The translations under genes and the position numbers were made by a program. The notes beneath the pieces were generated by a model. It had not been told where the DNA came from. It saw nothing but the letters and a program-made list of their open reading frames with translations, and ran no database searches. This document shows, in pieces, positions 13,031 to 27,317 of a stretch of 64,000 nt of DNA. Location of the stretch: NCBI RefSeq assembly GCF_009914755.1, contig NC_060932.1, one strand, 5' to 3'. Source of the DNA: the human T2T-CHM13v2.0 reference genome, Homo sapiens. Every line of letters starts with the position of its first letter. The stretch's first letter is position 1.

Positions 13031-13312
13031 CAAGCTTCCATGGGAGTTACTATCAGATGTATCATGTCCATTTTCAACAGAAAAATAACAAGGGATACTA
13101 AGACAAAAAATATACCTTGAAAAGATGGAGTAAGTGTGAGACTGAAACTTACACATGGCAGATATTGCTATTATAAAACTAAAAATTTAAAAGAACTATG
13201 ATTAATATGCTAAAGGCTATAATAGAAAAAAGTGCACTGTATGCAAGAATACATGGGTAGTGTAAGCAGAGAAATGAGAAAGTATAAGAAATAATTAAAA
13301 GGAAATGCTAGA
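13031..13312 (+). mobile_element. Old L1MC-type 5'UTR/ORF1 start (continuation of 6755-6976)
   Basis: aactatgattaatatgctaaaggct...agcagagaaatg is an L1M ORF1 N-terminal motif. Confidence 0.7.
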
Positions 13313-14264
<952 letters not shown>

Positions 14265-14639
14265 CTGTTACCAAATGGGTAAATTTTCCCACCATCTAAT
14301 TAAAACAGTAAAGATGGGGTGATACTTGATGACTTAAACTCAAAATTGAATTTTTTTAAGTTTTGTTTCTACACATATCGAATATAATTTCCATTTTAAT
14401 TTACTTTTTATTTATTTGACCAATGGGTACATATTTTACCCCAGTATGCATTTTTATAAATGTAACAGATTATTATTTAACTTATCTATTTTTTTGTTAC
14501 TGAATGTACAAAAATGATTATTTTATCATCCTTACTTTAAGCCATACTTAAAATACTGTGGTATAGGTCTCCTTCCAAAGCAATATAAAAAGTGCTGTGA
14601 CAGATGACTTCAAAGGATTATAAGATCATAGCAAAGGTT

Positions 14640-14760
14640 TGCCTAGAATAATAAATACCTGCCTCATAGAACTTTTATGAGGTAAAATAATATTATTAAT
14701 AGCTTGAAATATTGTCTAAAAAATAATTCTAAGTTCTATATAAATGTTTGTTAAACATAT
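14640..14760 (+). mobile_element. MIR fragment
   Basis: ataataaatacctgcctcatag...atgagg...taaatgtttg resembles the MIR core and 3' part. Confidence 0.5.
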
Positions 14761-15344
14761 TCATACTTTATTGTTAAAATAAAGCTCAGAGAATACCATC
14801 CTTTCCACTTCCTCCCAGAAAAATTGGAACTTCACTTGACCTTTTAATTAGAGACCTAGCCCAAAGGAATGTTCAGTCTGAGTGTTTTAAGTTAGATGCC
14901 CTTCTCTCAGCTTTTTCAGAATAAAATTTATTTTCATCAAATGAGAAGTACTAGTGAAGCATTACACTTAAGAATTGTTAAAGAATGTCTATTGCTTATG
15001 ATATAAAAGTTCAGCCAATTGGCATTTTAGGGCATTTCATTTTTTATTGACTCCTGCTTTTCTGAACAACTCTTACAGAAAGTGCACTACTGTAGTCATT
15101 ATTTTGTGATGTAGAAAATAGAAAAGTAATAATCTCTAACTCTACACAACTACTGTATAGAATACAATAAACATAAACTTTCTTCGGAGCTGGGATGGAT
15201 ATTTTCTAAAGATAATACAAATGTTTACTATTTATATAAATGTTTACTATTTAGCAACGACTTGTACCTAAGAGGGAGGTGACTGAATTTGACCACAGTA
15301 TGTTGTATCTTGAAAGGAAGGAAGATATTTTGATAAGTAATCAA

Positions 15345-15346
<2 letters not shown>

Positions 15347-15378
<32 letters not shown>

Positions 15379-15440
15379 AATATACATGCATGAATATATG
15401 TAAGCAGGTATATATGTATGTGCGTATATATGTATGTGTC
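15347..15440. repeat. (TG)n microsatellite followed by a TA/TG-rich tract
   Basis: Read directly. Confidence 0.95.
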
Positions 15441-16859
15441 TACTTTTAAAGTGCTAACTCACTTTAAAACTATAGGTGATCATTTTAATATATTAGAATA
15501 TCATAAAATGCCATAAAACTGTTGATAAATGAAACATTGGGTAATTTGAATGCTTATTATATATGATAATCAAAGCTGATCATGATGATTTTCTAAAACA
15601 TTATTTATGTGAATTTATCATATTTGTTCCACTTTCTTAATAACGTTTGACATTTCTTAATAATATTTATAATAGCAATACATCCATTTGGCATTATTAT
15701 TCATTTTGTAGGAGATGACTATATTATTTATTCCTTTACATCTTGACAATGGCATGACATACAATAGAAGATAATAATAATTCTATTTAAGCCAAGTCAT
15801 TTGACATTCTAGGATATGTTATATAATTAATAGAATAATGATATTTACTATTTTCATAGAGCAAGCTATTTTGTATTTCACAACATTTCAGTCAGTAGTC
15901 TTGAAATTAATACAAAAAATTTTATGTATTTCTCAGACTTAGTTTTGATTGAAGCAAATAACTTTTTTGAAGTTATCAGCAAAAATTAAAAAAGAAAACA
16001 AAATATCTTGGAATATTCATGGTATGTCACTTATTCCACACTGTATTAAATTGCTCAAATCACTTCTATATGTGACTCTTATTCTCTTGCTAGATACAAA
16101 TCAATGAAAGAAAGTTCATAATCTTCTATAATATCAAAGGATAGAGTATTACGAAAGGACCAAAGGATAGTGCCATACACACAAAAAAGCATCATTTTTA
16201 TGCTTTATTTAAACGTATTTTAACTTATTTCTCTAACTTAAGTCTCACATTGATCTTTCTTTATTTTCCTTATAGTCAGTATCATTTTGGTAAAATGCAA
16301 ACCTATGCATGTCATTCATCATCTGAAAATGTCTCTGTGGGTCTTCTTTGCATATGATATTAAGAAAAAGTAAAAAAATGACATAAGACATTTTTCATAA
16401 CCAAAATTTGACGTTTCTTTTATCTCCTAGTATTGATCCTTCTCTTTAGATGACCAATGTTTTTCTGACCACCCTGTCCACTAAGTAAATTGCTCATTAA
16501 TATTAATTATCTTTTGCCATTATTTTCCTCATATCAAAAAAGAAAGTAATCCTGTTGTTTTAATTCAATTGTAATTCAGTATTTCACCTTATAGCACTTA
16601 CCATATGTTCTGTAATGGTAAGTGTGTGCATATATATATAGTGTGTGTGTGTGTTTGTGTCTGTGTATAAAATCACATATGTGTAGAGGAGAAAATATAA
16701 ATATACATAAAACATAAGACTTGAAAATTTTGAAATTTGAGCCTTTCAAAACCAGAAAACTTTTAATTTATATCAGTGGTGTCTAGTTGTCTCCATGAAT
16801 TTTCATTTGTTTTCATGAGGTAATATGCTAGCATCAAACTTATAAAAGTTGTTATTTCT

Positions 16860-17937
16860 TATCGGGGAAACCAGCCCCCAATATTTCAACGTAGGTTCTT
16901 TTCTATTTTCCCTAAATGTCGGCTGCTCTGAGAAATAAAGAGAAAGAGTACAAATGAGAGAATTTTTACAGCTGAGTCTCCAGGGGTGACATGACATGTC
17001 AGCAGGTTCCATTATGCCCCCGAGCCGCAAAGCCAGCAAGTTTTTATTAGCGATTTTCAAAGGGGAGGGAGTGTATGAATAGGGTGTGGTTCACAGAGAT
17101 CACATGCTTCAAAGGCAATAAAATATCACAAGGCAAATGGGGGCAGAGCGAGATCACAAGTCCAGGGCGAAATTAGAATTGCTGATGAGGTTTCATGTCC
17201 CACTGTGCATGCATTGTCATTGATAAACATCTTAACAGGAAACAGGGTTCGAGAGCAGACAACCAGTCTGACTAAAATTTCACCAGGCTGGAATTTCCCA
17301 ATCCTAGCAAGTCTGGGGGCGCTGCAGGAGACTAGGGCATATTTCATCCCTTATCTACAAATGCATAAGCCAGACACTCCTAGAGCGGCCATTTTAGAGT
17401 CCGCCCCTGGGAATGCATTCTTTTCCCAGGGCTGTTCCTTGCTGAGAAAAAGAATTCAGTGATATTTCTCCTATTTCCTTTGCAAGAAGAGAAATATGAC
17501 TCTGTTCTGCCCGGCCCCGCAGGCAGTCAGACCTTATGTTTATCTCCCTTGCTCCCTGAAAATCACTGTTATCCTGTTCTTTTCAAGGTGCCCAGATTTC
17601 ATATTATTCAAACACACATGTTTTACAAACAATTTGTCCAGATAATGCAATCATCACAGGGTCCTAAGGCGACCTACATCCTCAGCTTACAAAGATGACA
17701 GGATTAAGAGATTAAAGACAGGCATAGGAAATTATAAGAGTATTGATTGGCGAAGTGATAAATGTCCATGAAATCTTCACAATTTATGTTCAAAGACTGC
17801 AGTAAAGACAGTCGTAAGAAATTATAAAAGTAGTAATTTGGGGAACTAATCAATGTCCATGAAATCTTCCCAATTTATGTTCTTCTGCTGTGGCTTCAGC
17901 TGGTCCCTCTGTTCAGGGTCCCTGACTTCCCGCAACA
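16860..17937 (-). mobile_element. Solo LTR MER11 (HERV-K HML-8)
   Basis: Minus strand starts tgttgcgggaagtcagggacc and ends ggctggtttccccgata. Perfect 6-bp TSD atttct at 16854-16859 and 17938-17943. Confidence 0.93.
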
Positions 17938-19117
17938 ATTTCTTTTTTTTTTTTACATTAATTACTCCACAAATATCCATTGAGTGTATAATATTTGTCA
18001 GAAACTAAATTTGGTACAAGGATTTAAATGGGTCAAAGCCATACCCTATCCTTGCCTTTGAGAAACTTGTAAGCCCATGGGAAACATGCATATTAAAAAA
18101 AATCCCATAATAATAAGAATAATAAATGTCTACACATGGAGATAGATTTAATATAACTTAATATAACCTTTCCATCTGTAAGAAATATATATGAATGTGT
18201 GTTTTATATATATGTGTATATATATAGAGAGAGAGAGAGAATGAGAGAGAGAGAGAGATCTCCAACTCTTCACTCTGCACTTACTCCTATTTGCACTTTT
18301 ATTTTCTGTCAATCTACCACTCTGGGTTTTCAGACAATTGTTCTCTAGAAATACTGTTAATAGTGCTTCCTTGTCTACTAACCATCCTAGCATTTTTAAT
18401 TCCCACTAACTTTTGATACTTGGTAGATGCATGAAATCAGAATCTACATCTATTTTTTTCTCATTTTAAAATTGTTAAATGAACTTCAAAAACTGTATAG
18501 ACCACAAATTACAGACTTTTTCTTCCCTCAAGCATTTTTATTATTGATTACTCTACAAAAATATCATTTCATTTATCATTATCATTTTGAAATATTGTTT
18601 GTAATGAGTGACATATATTTTCCCCTTACCCCCATTTCAGAGCCTTATATTTCAGATCATAGTCTTACTACATGGTCATGCAAACACCTTTAATAGGAAT
18701 ATTGAGGATAACCAGGAAGTTAACATTCAGTTGTCCTCATGTTAATCTCAAGAGCTGTTTCTAGTTTCTTTCCTTTTTTTCTATCTCTCTGAAGAATTAT
18801 AACTCCATTACTCTAATGCTAAGCCTTTTTAAAAATAATTCATGTTGTCATCTTCTTTGCTTCTGTTTATTTGTAATTATTATCTGAATTGAATATTATA
18901 TACATCAATGCTTCTGTTAAATAACTTAGTCACTTAAAATATGTTGGCTTTTATTTAGAAGTATATTTTCATACAGCCAGTCTCCTTTTATTGATTTAAG
19001 GTTAGTATGCTTTTACTTATAAATTGTTATTAAAACCAATTTAAATTCAGTAGCAGAAAGAGGAAGTGCTTTTACAGAAAAATACAAGATGGAAAAAACT
19101 GTTCAAAAATACTTTCC

Positions 19118-19605
19118 TTTTTCTTTTAACTCTTAAATTCAGGGGTACATGTACATATTTATTACACAGGTAAATTTTCATGGTAGCTTGTTGTACAGAT
19201 TAACTCATCACCCAGGTATTAAGCCTAGTACACAATAGCAATGAAATGGAATCAGCACAAATGCCCATTAAAGATAGAGTAGATAAAGAAAATGTCATAC
19301 TATACACCATGGAATACCATGCAGCTATAAAAAAGAATGAGATCATGTCATTTTCAGGGACATAGATGCAGCTGGAGAGAATGTCTATGGATAGACATTC
19401 TTGCCTTTCAATTTTATGCCTATTTCTTTCTTTATTTTTTTGAGATGGAGTTTTTGTAAATTAACACAGGAAGAGAAAACCAAATACTGCATGTTCTCAC
19501 TAGTAAGTAGGAGCTAAATGATGAGAACACATGGACACATAGAGGGGAACAACTCACACTGGGGCCTATCAGAGAGTGAGAAGAGTTAGAGAATCAGGAA
19601 ACATA
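19118..19605 (-). mobile_element. 5'-inverted (twin-primed) L1PA/PB 3' fragment
   Basis: 19118-19230 is the antisense L1 3' tail and 19231-19605 is the sense 3'-UTR segment. Degenerate flanks atactttccttt / atagttttcttt. Confidence 0.85.
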
Positions 19606-20044
19606 GTTTTCTTTTATAAATAATTTAGAGTTTGTCTCATCGATGTTGCAGGCAGAAAACTTGAGTGCAGAATAACCCAGTTATGATTATAGGACTCTAC
19701 AGTGGTCACCAATGCACTTTTGTGAATGTTTGCTCTTCACTGTAGTGAACGAACATCAGAAGTTTCTAAAGACACTGCATTTGTCAGTATCGTAATTCAA
19801 CTTCATTTTAAGCTGATTTTGCAGGGGTGAAAACAAAACAACTTTTTATAATTGATGAATTGGGTAACTGTATATGTAACACTTTTCATAATTCAGAATG
19901 GGAGAGGACATTTAAGGTAGAAATAGAAGCACTGTTTCTTTCCCAGTGATGAAAAGACATGCCAGGGACATAAGAGAGAAGATGAATTTAGTGGATCCCA
20001 GTGCTTCTGTTGTAAATACATATGGCTTTTACTTGGTTAATAAG

Positions 20045-20226
20045 ACCAATAAATTGTGTATTGAAAATGTGCTGAGAGTAGGTTTTAAGAGCTCTTATCA
20101 CACACGAAAATTAGCTCTAGAAGGTGATGGATAGGTTAAGTTCTTTACCTGTAGTAATTGTTTCACTCTGGATATGTATTTCAAAACATTGTGTGGTACA
20201 CCTCAAATTTATGCAATAAAAAATAA
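20045..20226 (+). mobile_element. Old L1MA/MB 3' end
   Basis: gtgctgagagtaggttttaag...ggtgatggatag...caataaaaaataa. Confidence 0.7.
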
Positions 20227-20299
20227 GTCTCTGTTGCTCCTACAGTTACTGAGTTACTACACATTCATTTACACGTCCTTGTCTTTCAATTTTATGCCT

Positions 20300-20625
<326 letters not shown>

Positions 20626-21384
20626 TAAACACATTCCAAGGAGTAATTTATCTAAATATTGAAAACTTACAGTACATAAAATTTCCATGTCAGCTAAAGT
20701 GGTTTCCAGATTGGTTTGGGCATTTGGATCAATGACATCATAGTTTGGTTAGAAATCTATCAATATTTTTTTTTCTAAAAAGTAATATTTAGTATTATTA
20801 GTGACATGACATTGTGAAGAGCATACAATACTAAGAAAATATTTATTCTCTTCATATCTGCAGAATAATATAATTTAGATATTTAAACCTATATCTAAAT
20901 TAGGAATGCTTTTTCCAACTAACAGAAAAAAATCTATTTATATACATATATATAGTAAAATATACATAAATATTTCTGTCTCTATATCTGTGTATCTTCT
21001 CCCATTGTTGTAGGGTGATATGACTGATGCTGTTTTTTTTTTTTCTAAGCCTCTAGAAAACAGAAAATAACACTGTATAAAAGTCACTTTTCTGTGATTT
21101 TCCCCCCATCCTTTTTTGTTTTACTATATTTATGAGGGTAGGGAGCCGAGACCCCTGAAAATTATATTTCTTAGATACCCTTCCAGACCACTAGTTAAAT
21201 TCTGACAGTGAGAAGTGCTTGTTGGAGATGGGAAGGCCTTTGGAAGGGGGCTTAAGTGCTCTCTCTCTCTCTCTACTGCTGGCCCTTATTAGCACTTCAT
21301 CAGCATCAAAACAGAGCGTTGCGGAAACTCTTCCTGTGTCCAGGCATCGGCACTCTGAGGCTTCTTGGTGGCTTTTCCACCTCC

Positions 21385-21870
21385 ACTGATTTGTTCCCTG
21401 TCCTTGTGATTTTGTCATTTTTCAGAATGTCATATAAATGGAATCATGTAACATGAAGCTTTTTAAGTCTGGCTTCTTTCACATATCATAATGCATTTGG
21501 AATTCATCCATATTGTTGTATTGATCAATAGTTTATGTTTGTTCCCACTTGTTGTGGCTGAGTTCTATTATATACCTGTGAAACAGTATTGTTTATTTAT
21601 TTAGCAGTTGAAAGATGTTTCAGTAACTTCCAGTTTTAGGTAACTGTGAATAAAGGTATTTTAAACATTCACAAACATAGTTTTGTATGAATATGCATTT
21701 TCATTATCCTGAGGTAAATAGAGCAAGATTACTGGATCATATGGTGAGTGCACAATATATTATAAAATAAAATGCTAGCTGTTTTCCAAAGTGGCTATAC
21801 TATCTTGCAACCCAGAAGTAAAAATGAGGGTTGCAGTTATTCATCATCCTCACCAGAACATGAACTAGTT
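21385..21870 (-). mobile_element. Old L1MC/ME 3' fragment
   Basis: ttcagaatgtcatataaatggaatcat; gttttccaaagtggctatac. Confidence 0.75.
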
Positions 21871-22519
21871 TTTAAGCATTAAAATAATTAGCAGCTACCA
21901 AATAGCCATTTTAAAAATAAATAAATAATTGAAAAAAATTAAATTCATTCCTAATAATCTCAATTACTAATATGATATGGATGTTTGTTGAGGATGCACA
22001 GCTTCTCAGACCTTGGAATCAAATTGGACACTACCATCCTCATTTTCTGTTTTACACTGTAGATTAGACTTTTCTCAGGTTTATACAAAATGTATGTTAG
22101 TATCCTTTGTATCAATGCCTTATGTATTGCTAAGGAGTTTTGTTTCCTTTAATGTGCCTTGCACAGTGCTTGAGACCAGATACATGTAGTTGGTTATTAT
22201 TAGAGATGGCTTCTGCCTCTGTTTCTCCTGGAATTTGTCCTGATTAATAACAAAAATGACCTCTGCTCCATCATTTCATCATACCATGTTTTGGGTTTTT
22301 TTTTCTAAATTATTTGGCAAACTACAACATGTTATATGGAAAGTTTGAGATTGAAAATGAAAAGATATGTGCTTAATTGACAGAAACAGGAAGGCTAAGT
22401 AAGTTGTTTTGTAACAAACAACAAAAGAACAATACCTTTGTATTGTTAAAGAACCCAGAGAAATTGCTGTCTAAATAAAGCCCAATATTGTGTAGTTATA
22501 CAAATAATTTAAAATATAT

Positions 22520-22642
22520 TGGTGCAATGTTCACTGTTTGGTAATGAGTGTACTAGAAGCCCAAACGTCACCATTACACAATGTATCCATGTAACAAACC
22601 TGCACTTGGTTTCTCAAATAAAAAATAAAATAAAATAAAAAA
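22520..22642 (+). mobile_element. L1 3' terminal fragment with A-rich tail
   Basis: tactagaagcccaaac...atccatgtaacaaacctgcac followed by (taaaa)n. Confidence 0.75.
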
Positions 22643-24251
22643 TCTAAAATTTATTTTCAAAATAGCAATTCAACCAAAGCAGCCAGGTTTATATATATCA
22701 ATGTTCATTCTAAGACAAGTAGCAGCTGTTTGGTTATTAATATATCATCAATGTACATTTTCATCACAAATTATCAAATAGATAAATGCAATTTGAAAAT
22801 TACTGTACTCTGATCATATGAAATTAATTTGAATTGATTAAAGTTAGAAAATTAAAATGGAAACCCTTTTTTGTTCTAAATTATTTTAGTTCTCTTCAAC
22901 TGTCACCCTTGAAAAACTGCATAGAGCTTTTATGATCTCTATAAAGACCTCATACAGTTTTCATGATGATTGCATAAGTACTATATTAAAGTGCTTAGAG
23001 AGTGTCTTTTACATGGCAGCTATTAACAATTTGGTGTATTAATATTCTACTAAACAATTGTAATATTTTTTATCATCTACAAGACAAATTTTAAGTACCT
23101 TTAGAAGTAATAATTTTTTAAGCTCTAACCTCAATTAACCTTTCTAATCTTCTTTCTGCAAGTACGCACCAAACTAAATTATTCCTAGTCTCTGAGTATT
23201 CACTGTGTCTTTCTAAATTTCTGTGTTTGACATGTCCTTTATTTTGAATCTTTGCAAATTTAAATCTAAAATCCCCAGGATAAAATTTATTTCCTGTAAC
23301 AATTGAATCCTAATATTTATAATCTATCGATCTATCTGGTTTATCACATTGTGTGTGCACTTTTTGTATTCTGTACAAAAGTATGTATCTTGTATATCTT
23401 TCTTTGTACTATTTTGTGCTTTGAAATTAATGTTACAGTTGGAATCCAAAGCGTGTCTCTTTTGAGAAATTATTAATCTACTAAAGTGGGCCAGCAAATA
23501 TTTATTTTTTGAATAGATTAATCAATTGGCATATGAATAATTGTACATTAAGGAGATGGTTGGCCAACTGTACATGAGTGTTCATTACCGATTTATTACA
23601 CCTGGACAGGAAATAACTAAAGTTATTTCTATCTTTATTGGAGTAGCATCAATCTAGTAGCGTGTAAACAATTCTTTTTCACCTTTCCATGAAAACATCA
23701 GTAAAGAAGAATTTGTAAACACTAAAATTTAAATTTAAATAAAATTAGAAAATTACATGCAATTAAAATGAAACATTCATCAAATAATCATTGGTCTCTG
23801 GTAAAAAAAGGCAAAGTTAATGGGTTAAGAAACTACTGGAGCTCAAATTGTGCATTAATCTTTGAAGTGAGAGACAGGGATACTGAAAGGTGGCAAGAGG
23901 ATGATCTCCTCTGCCACACTAAATATCCACACATTTAATGGCTTTTGTTAATGGCCACGAAACCAAGCAGTCACATCATCTTTAGGATAACTCTTTTTGA
24001 GACATCCATTGAATATCTCTATCACGTACTTTCCATCCACAACCCTCTAATTCTAAGGTATCCCTTTCCATATTCATTCTGGTGGTAAGAGATCCTAAGA
24101 TGACATTGTAACTGGTAGTGTGAAGAGACAGAATCCTCACCGAATCCTCTTGTGTGAAATCGGCAATATATATAAGCAAATATAATAATGGTAACAATAT
24201 CACTTGTGTGCAGGTATGTATATAAATATGTGTGTATATACATATACATAC

Positions 24252-24561
24252 ACATAACTTAGCAACCGGAATACATTCTGAGAAATGCATCATTAGGTGA
24301 TTCCATCATTGCCTAAAATATCATAGAATATAGTTACACAAACTTAGCTGGTATATATATTTTTATTCACATATTTTTATATAAAAAAACAAATGTCCCA
24401 GCACCACTATTGATTATCAGTGATGTCCTCTACTTGACCTGCAGTGCCAATATCAAGTGCCATATATAAGATTTATATATATGCTCACTTATAATCATAT
24501 GGAACCACCATTGTATATGTGGTCTATTATTGACCAAAAGGTGATTATACAGTGCATGACT
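24252..24561 (+). mobile_element. Tigger3-type (TcMar) DNA transposon derivative
   Basis: atacattctgagaaatgcatcattaggtga...ttacacaaac; terminus gtgcatgactg. Confidence 0.75.
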
Positions 24562-24763
24562 GCATATAGATAGGTAGATAGATAAATGGATATTGTTAAA
24601 CATACCTGTATCTATCTACCTATCTATATATGTACACATACATAAATATACGTACATATACTGTGTTTCTTCATATTACCAACATCTCTGATTAAAGGTA
24701 ACATTAGCCTCATAGCATGTGTGTTATAGGACAGGTTTAATGAAAGGGAACCACAGGCTGGAG

Positions 24764-24993
24764 TTTTTTATTATTATTATTATACTTTAAGTTCTAGGGT
24801 ACATGTGCAGAACGTGCAGTTTTGTTACATAGGCATACATGTGCCGTGGTGATTTGCTGCACCCATCAATTTGTCACCTACATTAGGTATTTCTCCTAAT
24901 GCTATCCCTCCCCTTGCCCCCAATCCCCCGACAGGCCCTGGTGTGTAATGTTCCCCTCCCTGTGTCCATGTGTTCTTATTGTTCAACTCCCAC
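24764..24993 (-). mobile_element. 5'-truncated L1PA 3' end
   Basis: attatactttaagttctagggtacatgtgcagaacgtgcag...gttcaactcccact. Confidence 0.93.
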
Positions 24994-25369
24994 TGAGTTA
25001 TTCTTTAAATGACTGTAGAGGAAGAGTTTTTTGGAGATAGGAAATAAAAGATGCAGGGCAAAGGAGCAGAAGAAAGCTGTGCAAGAATCTGAATTGAGCT
25101 TTAGTCTGTCTCCAGGGAGAACTCTAGGCTTCAAATTTTTCCGTTCATTTGGTTCCTCATTGAGGCAAGGAAGACAGCTATTGTCTTGCCATTAGCCATT
25201 CTCTGTTCCTTATGAGTGAGGAAAGGAAACCTTGACAGGGCAGCTCCCAAGGGACTGAGGGCAATTCTACAGAGAAGGCCGCAGTGTGCCTTTCAGAACC
25301 AACACTTACAGAAACTGGGGGCTGGGTATACTGGCCGATAAAGGAAAGAGGACAATTTTGGGCCTTTTT

Positions 25370-25575
25370 TTTCTTCTGGATTTATTTTAGAATTGACTGC
25401 GGATATTTTCATTATGATTGTACTGAATGCATAGCTTAATCTGAGTAAGATTGAGATATTTATGTTAAATAATTACCTTGTGTATGTACATTGCATTTGT
25501 TAAACTATCCTTCTGCAAAGTTTTGTATTTTGTTTCAATAAATGTCTTGGATATCTTTGGTTAAATTGATTTTTT
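25370..25575 (-). mobile_element. Very old L1M ORF2 fragment (appears to continue at 32850-33320)
   Basis: gattgtactgaatgcatagcttaatctgagtaagattga...aaagttttgtatttt matches antisense ORF2; the next ORF2 block appears at 32850. Confidence 0.6.
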
Positions 25576-26757
25576 CCCACTTGGCACTCCATCAATTTCA
25601 CAGTATTTCACAATTGAAAGAACTCTTAAAACTCCACAGAGCATGTAGATTTAATAAATGTGAATGACATGGTACAGTAGCAGAAAGCACACGCAAGAAT
25701 GGGAGTCCTAAAATATTTCCAGGCAAAATTTTACACACAGCATCCTTTCTAAGTCACACAGGATGAGATTTTCTTCCCAATTATGAATCACCAGGTAGCA
25801 TCTGGTTTAGGATAGTTTGGGTGATAGTTCACAGAGGGATCTTTTATATTCCACTGCTCATATAGCCATGCCAGACTATGTAATTACCTAAAACAAGTGT
25901 TTAAGTTCTCTGAACAATGTAAACATGCAGGTCATGTGCCACCAAGGGCATTTCAAACATTAAATAGCTCATGATCAATTACTAGTTAGCCCATCTTGGC
26001 TTATCTTCTCCTCAGGTCAGTACTGAACTCACAGGCATTCCAGAAGATAAATCTGATCTCAGTCCATTTTTAAGTTAATTTGCCTTAAAAGAGGCCACAT
26101 TCACGATTCTTCTTCAATTTTAAACTACCCAATGTCATTCTGTTTTCTGCATCTTTTGCACCATTTTTAGAAAGAAAAAATCACGAATATAAAAATACTC
26201 ATTATTTTTATGATTCAATATAGTTTAGGCCTAACTTTAAAGAAATATTTGAGTTTTCCACATTATCTAGCATAAGTTTGTTCAAATTATATACAAGCTT
26301 AACATCTGTAAAAGAGGGGGAAAGGTAAAACTTCCTTCATTATAAAAAGTTGAACTTTTATAAGATATATCAATAAATATATTTACTATAACAATTAACT
26401 GATTATTAACAAAAGGTACTTTGACTAATAATCTTTCATCAGAACAATATCTTGTGAGGTATTAAATTTAATCTCCTAAGGCATTTGATCATAGATGTCA
26501 GCATTATAGAAGATTTTGTTACAATTAATGAAATTAATTTTAGCAATTGAACAGATATTATACCAAATAGCAGATATATTGTGAGTCAGACTAAGGTCAT
26601 TAAAAGAAATCACTCAATTAAAATTACAGCAATATTTTCTAGGCCCCTGTCTACATAACAAATGGTGTTATAGATTGATATCTACTGACTAATACCGAGG
26701 ACTAAGTTTCAGTTAATTCTTAATTCTAAGTCTCTTGTGGGAATAGCCATATAACTT

Positions 26758-27317
26758 TGTATTAGTTTTCCAGTTCTGAGTAGAAACATTATCACACACT
26801 TAGTAGCTTAAATAATACAAATACATCATCTTAAAATTCTATTGCTCAGAAGTCCGACACAAGTCTGACTGGGCTAAATGTAAGTAGTTGGGAGAACTGT
26901 ATTCCTTCATGTAATCTCTACTTGAGGGTCTGTTTCCTGGCTGGCTGATTAATAGGCAGAATTCAGCTCCTTTTGGTTATAGAACTAAGATCCTGTTTTT
27001 GGCTGACTGTTAGCTGAGGCCCATTCCCACTTATAGAGGTCATCCAAATTCCTTGGCTCCTGGTCTTCTTCTTCCAGCTTCAAAGATAACAGTGGCAGGT
27101 TGTGTCCCTTTCGTGCATCAGATCTCTCTTTTTTCTTCAGTCTTATCTCTCACTGACCCAGCCAGAAAAAGCTCTTTACTTTTAAAGGCTGTGTGATAAT
27201 CCAGGATGACATCAGCATCTCAAAATTTGTAACCCGAATCACTTCTGCAAAGTTCATTTTTCCATGTAAGGTAACAAGTTCCAAGGATTAGGAGGAGCCA
27301 TTATTGTGTTGAGCACA
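26758..27317 (-). mobile_element. MaLR LTR (MLT1D-like)
   Basis: tgtattagttttcc...ggcagaattcagctccttttggttatagaactaag...catgtaaggtaaca. Confidence 0.8.

Noticed and set aside
17705-17885. ~110-bp internal direct repeat, superficially array-like
   Set aside because: Tandem repeats of this motif are a normal part of MER11 LTRs; no CRISPR-like repeat-spacer structure.
23860-24160. Possible ERVL/MaLR internal fragment; possible old LTR pieces also at ~21100-21380 and ~24690-25340
   Set aside because: Too diverged to assign family or boundaries by eye.
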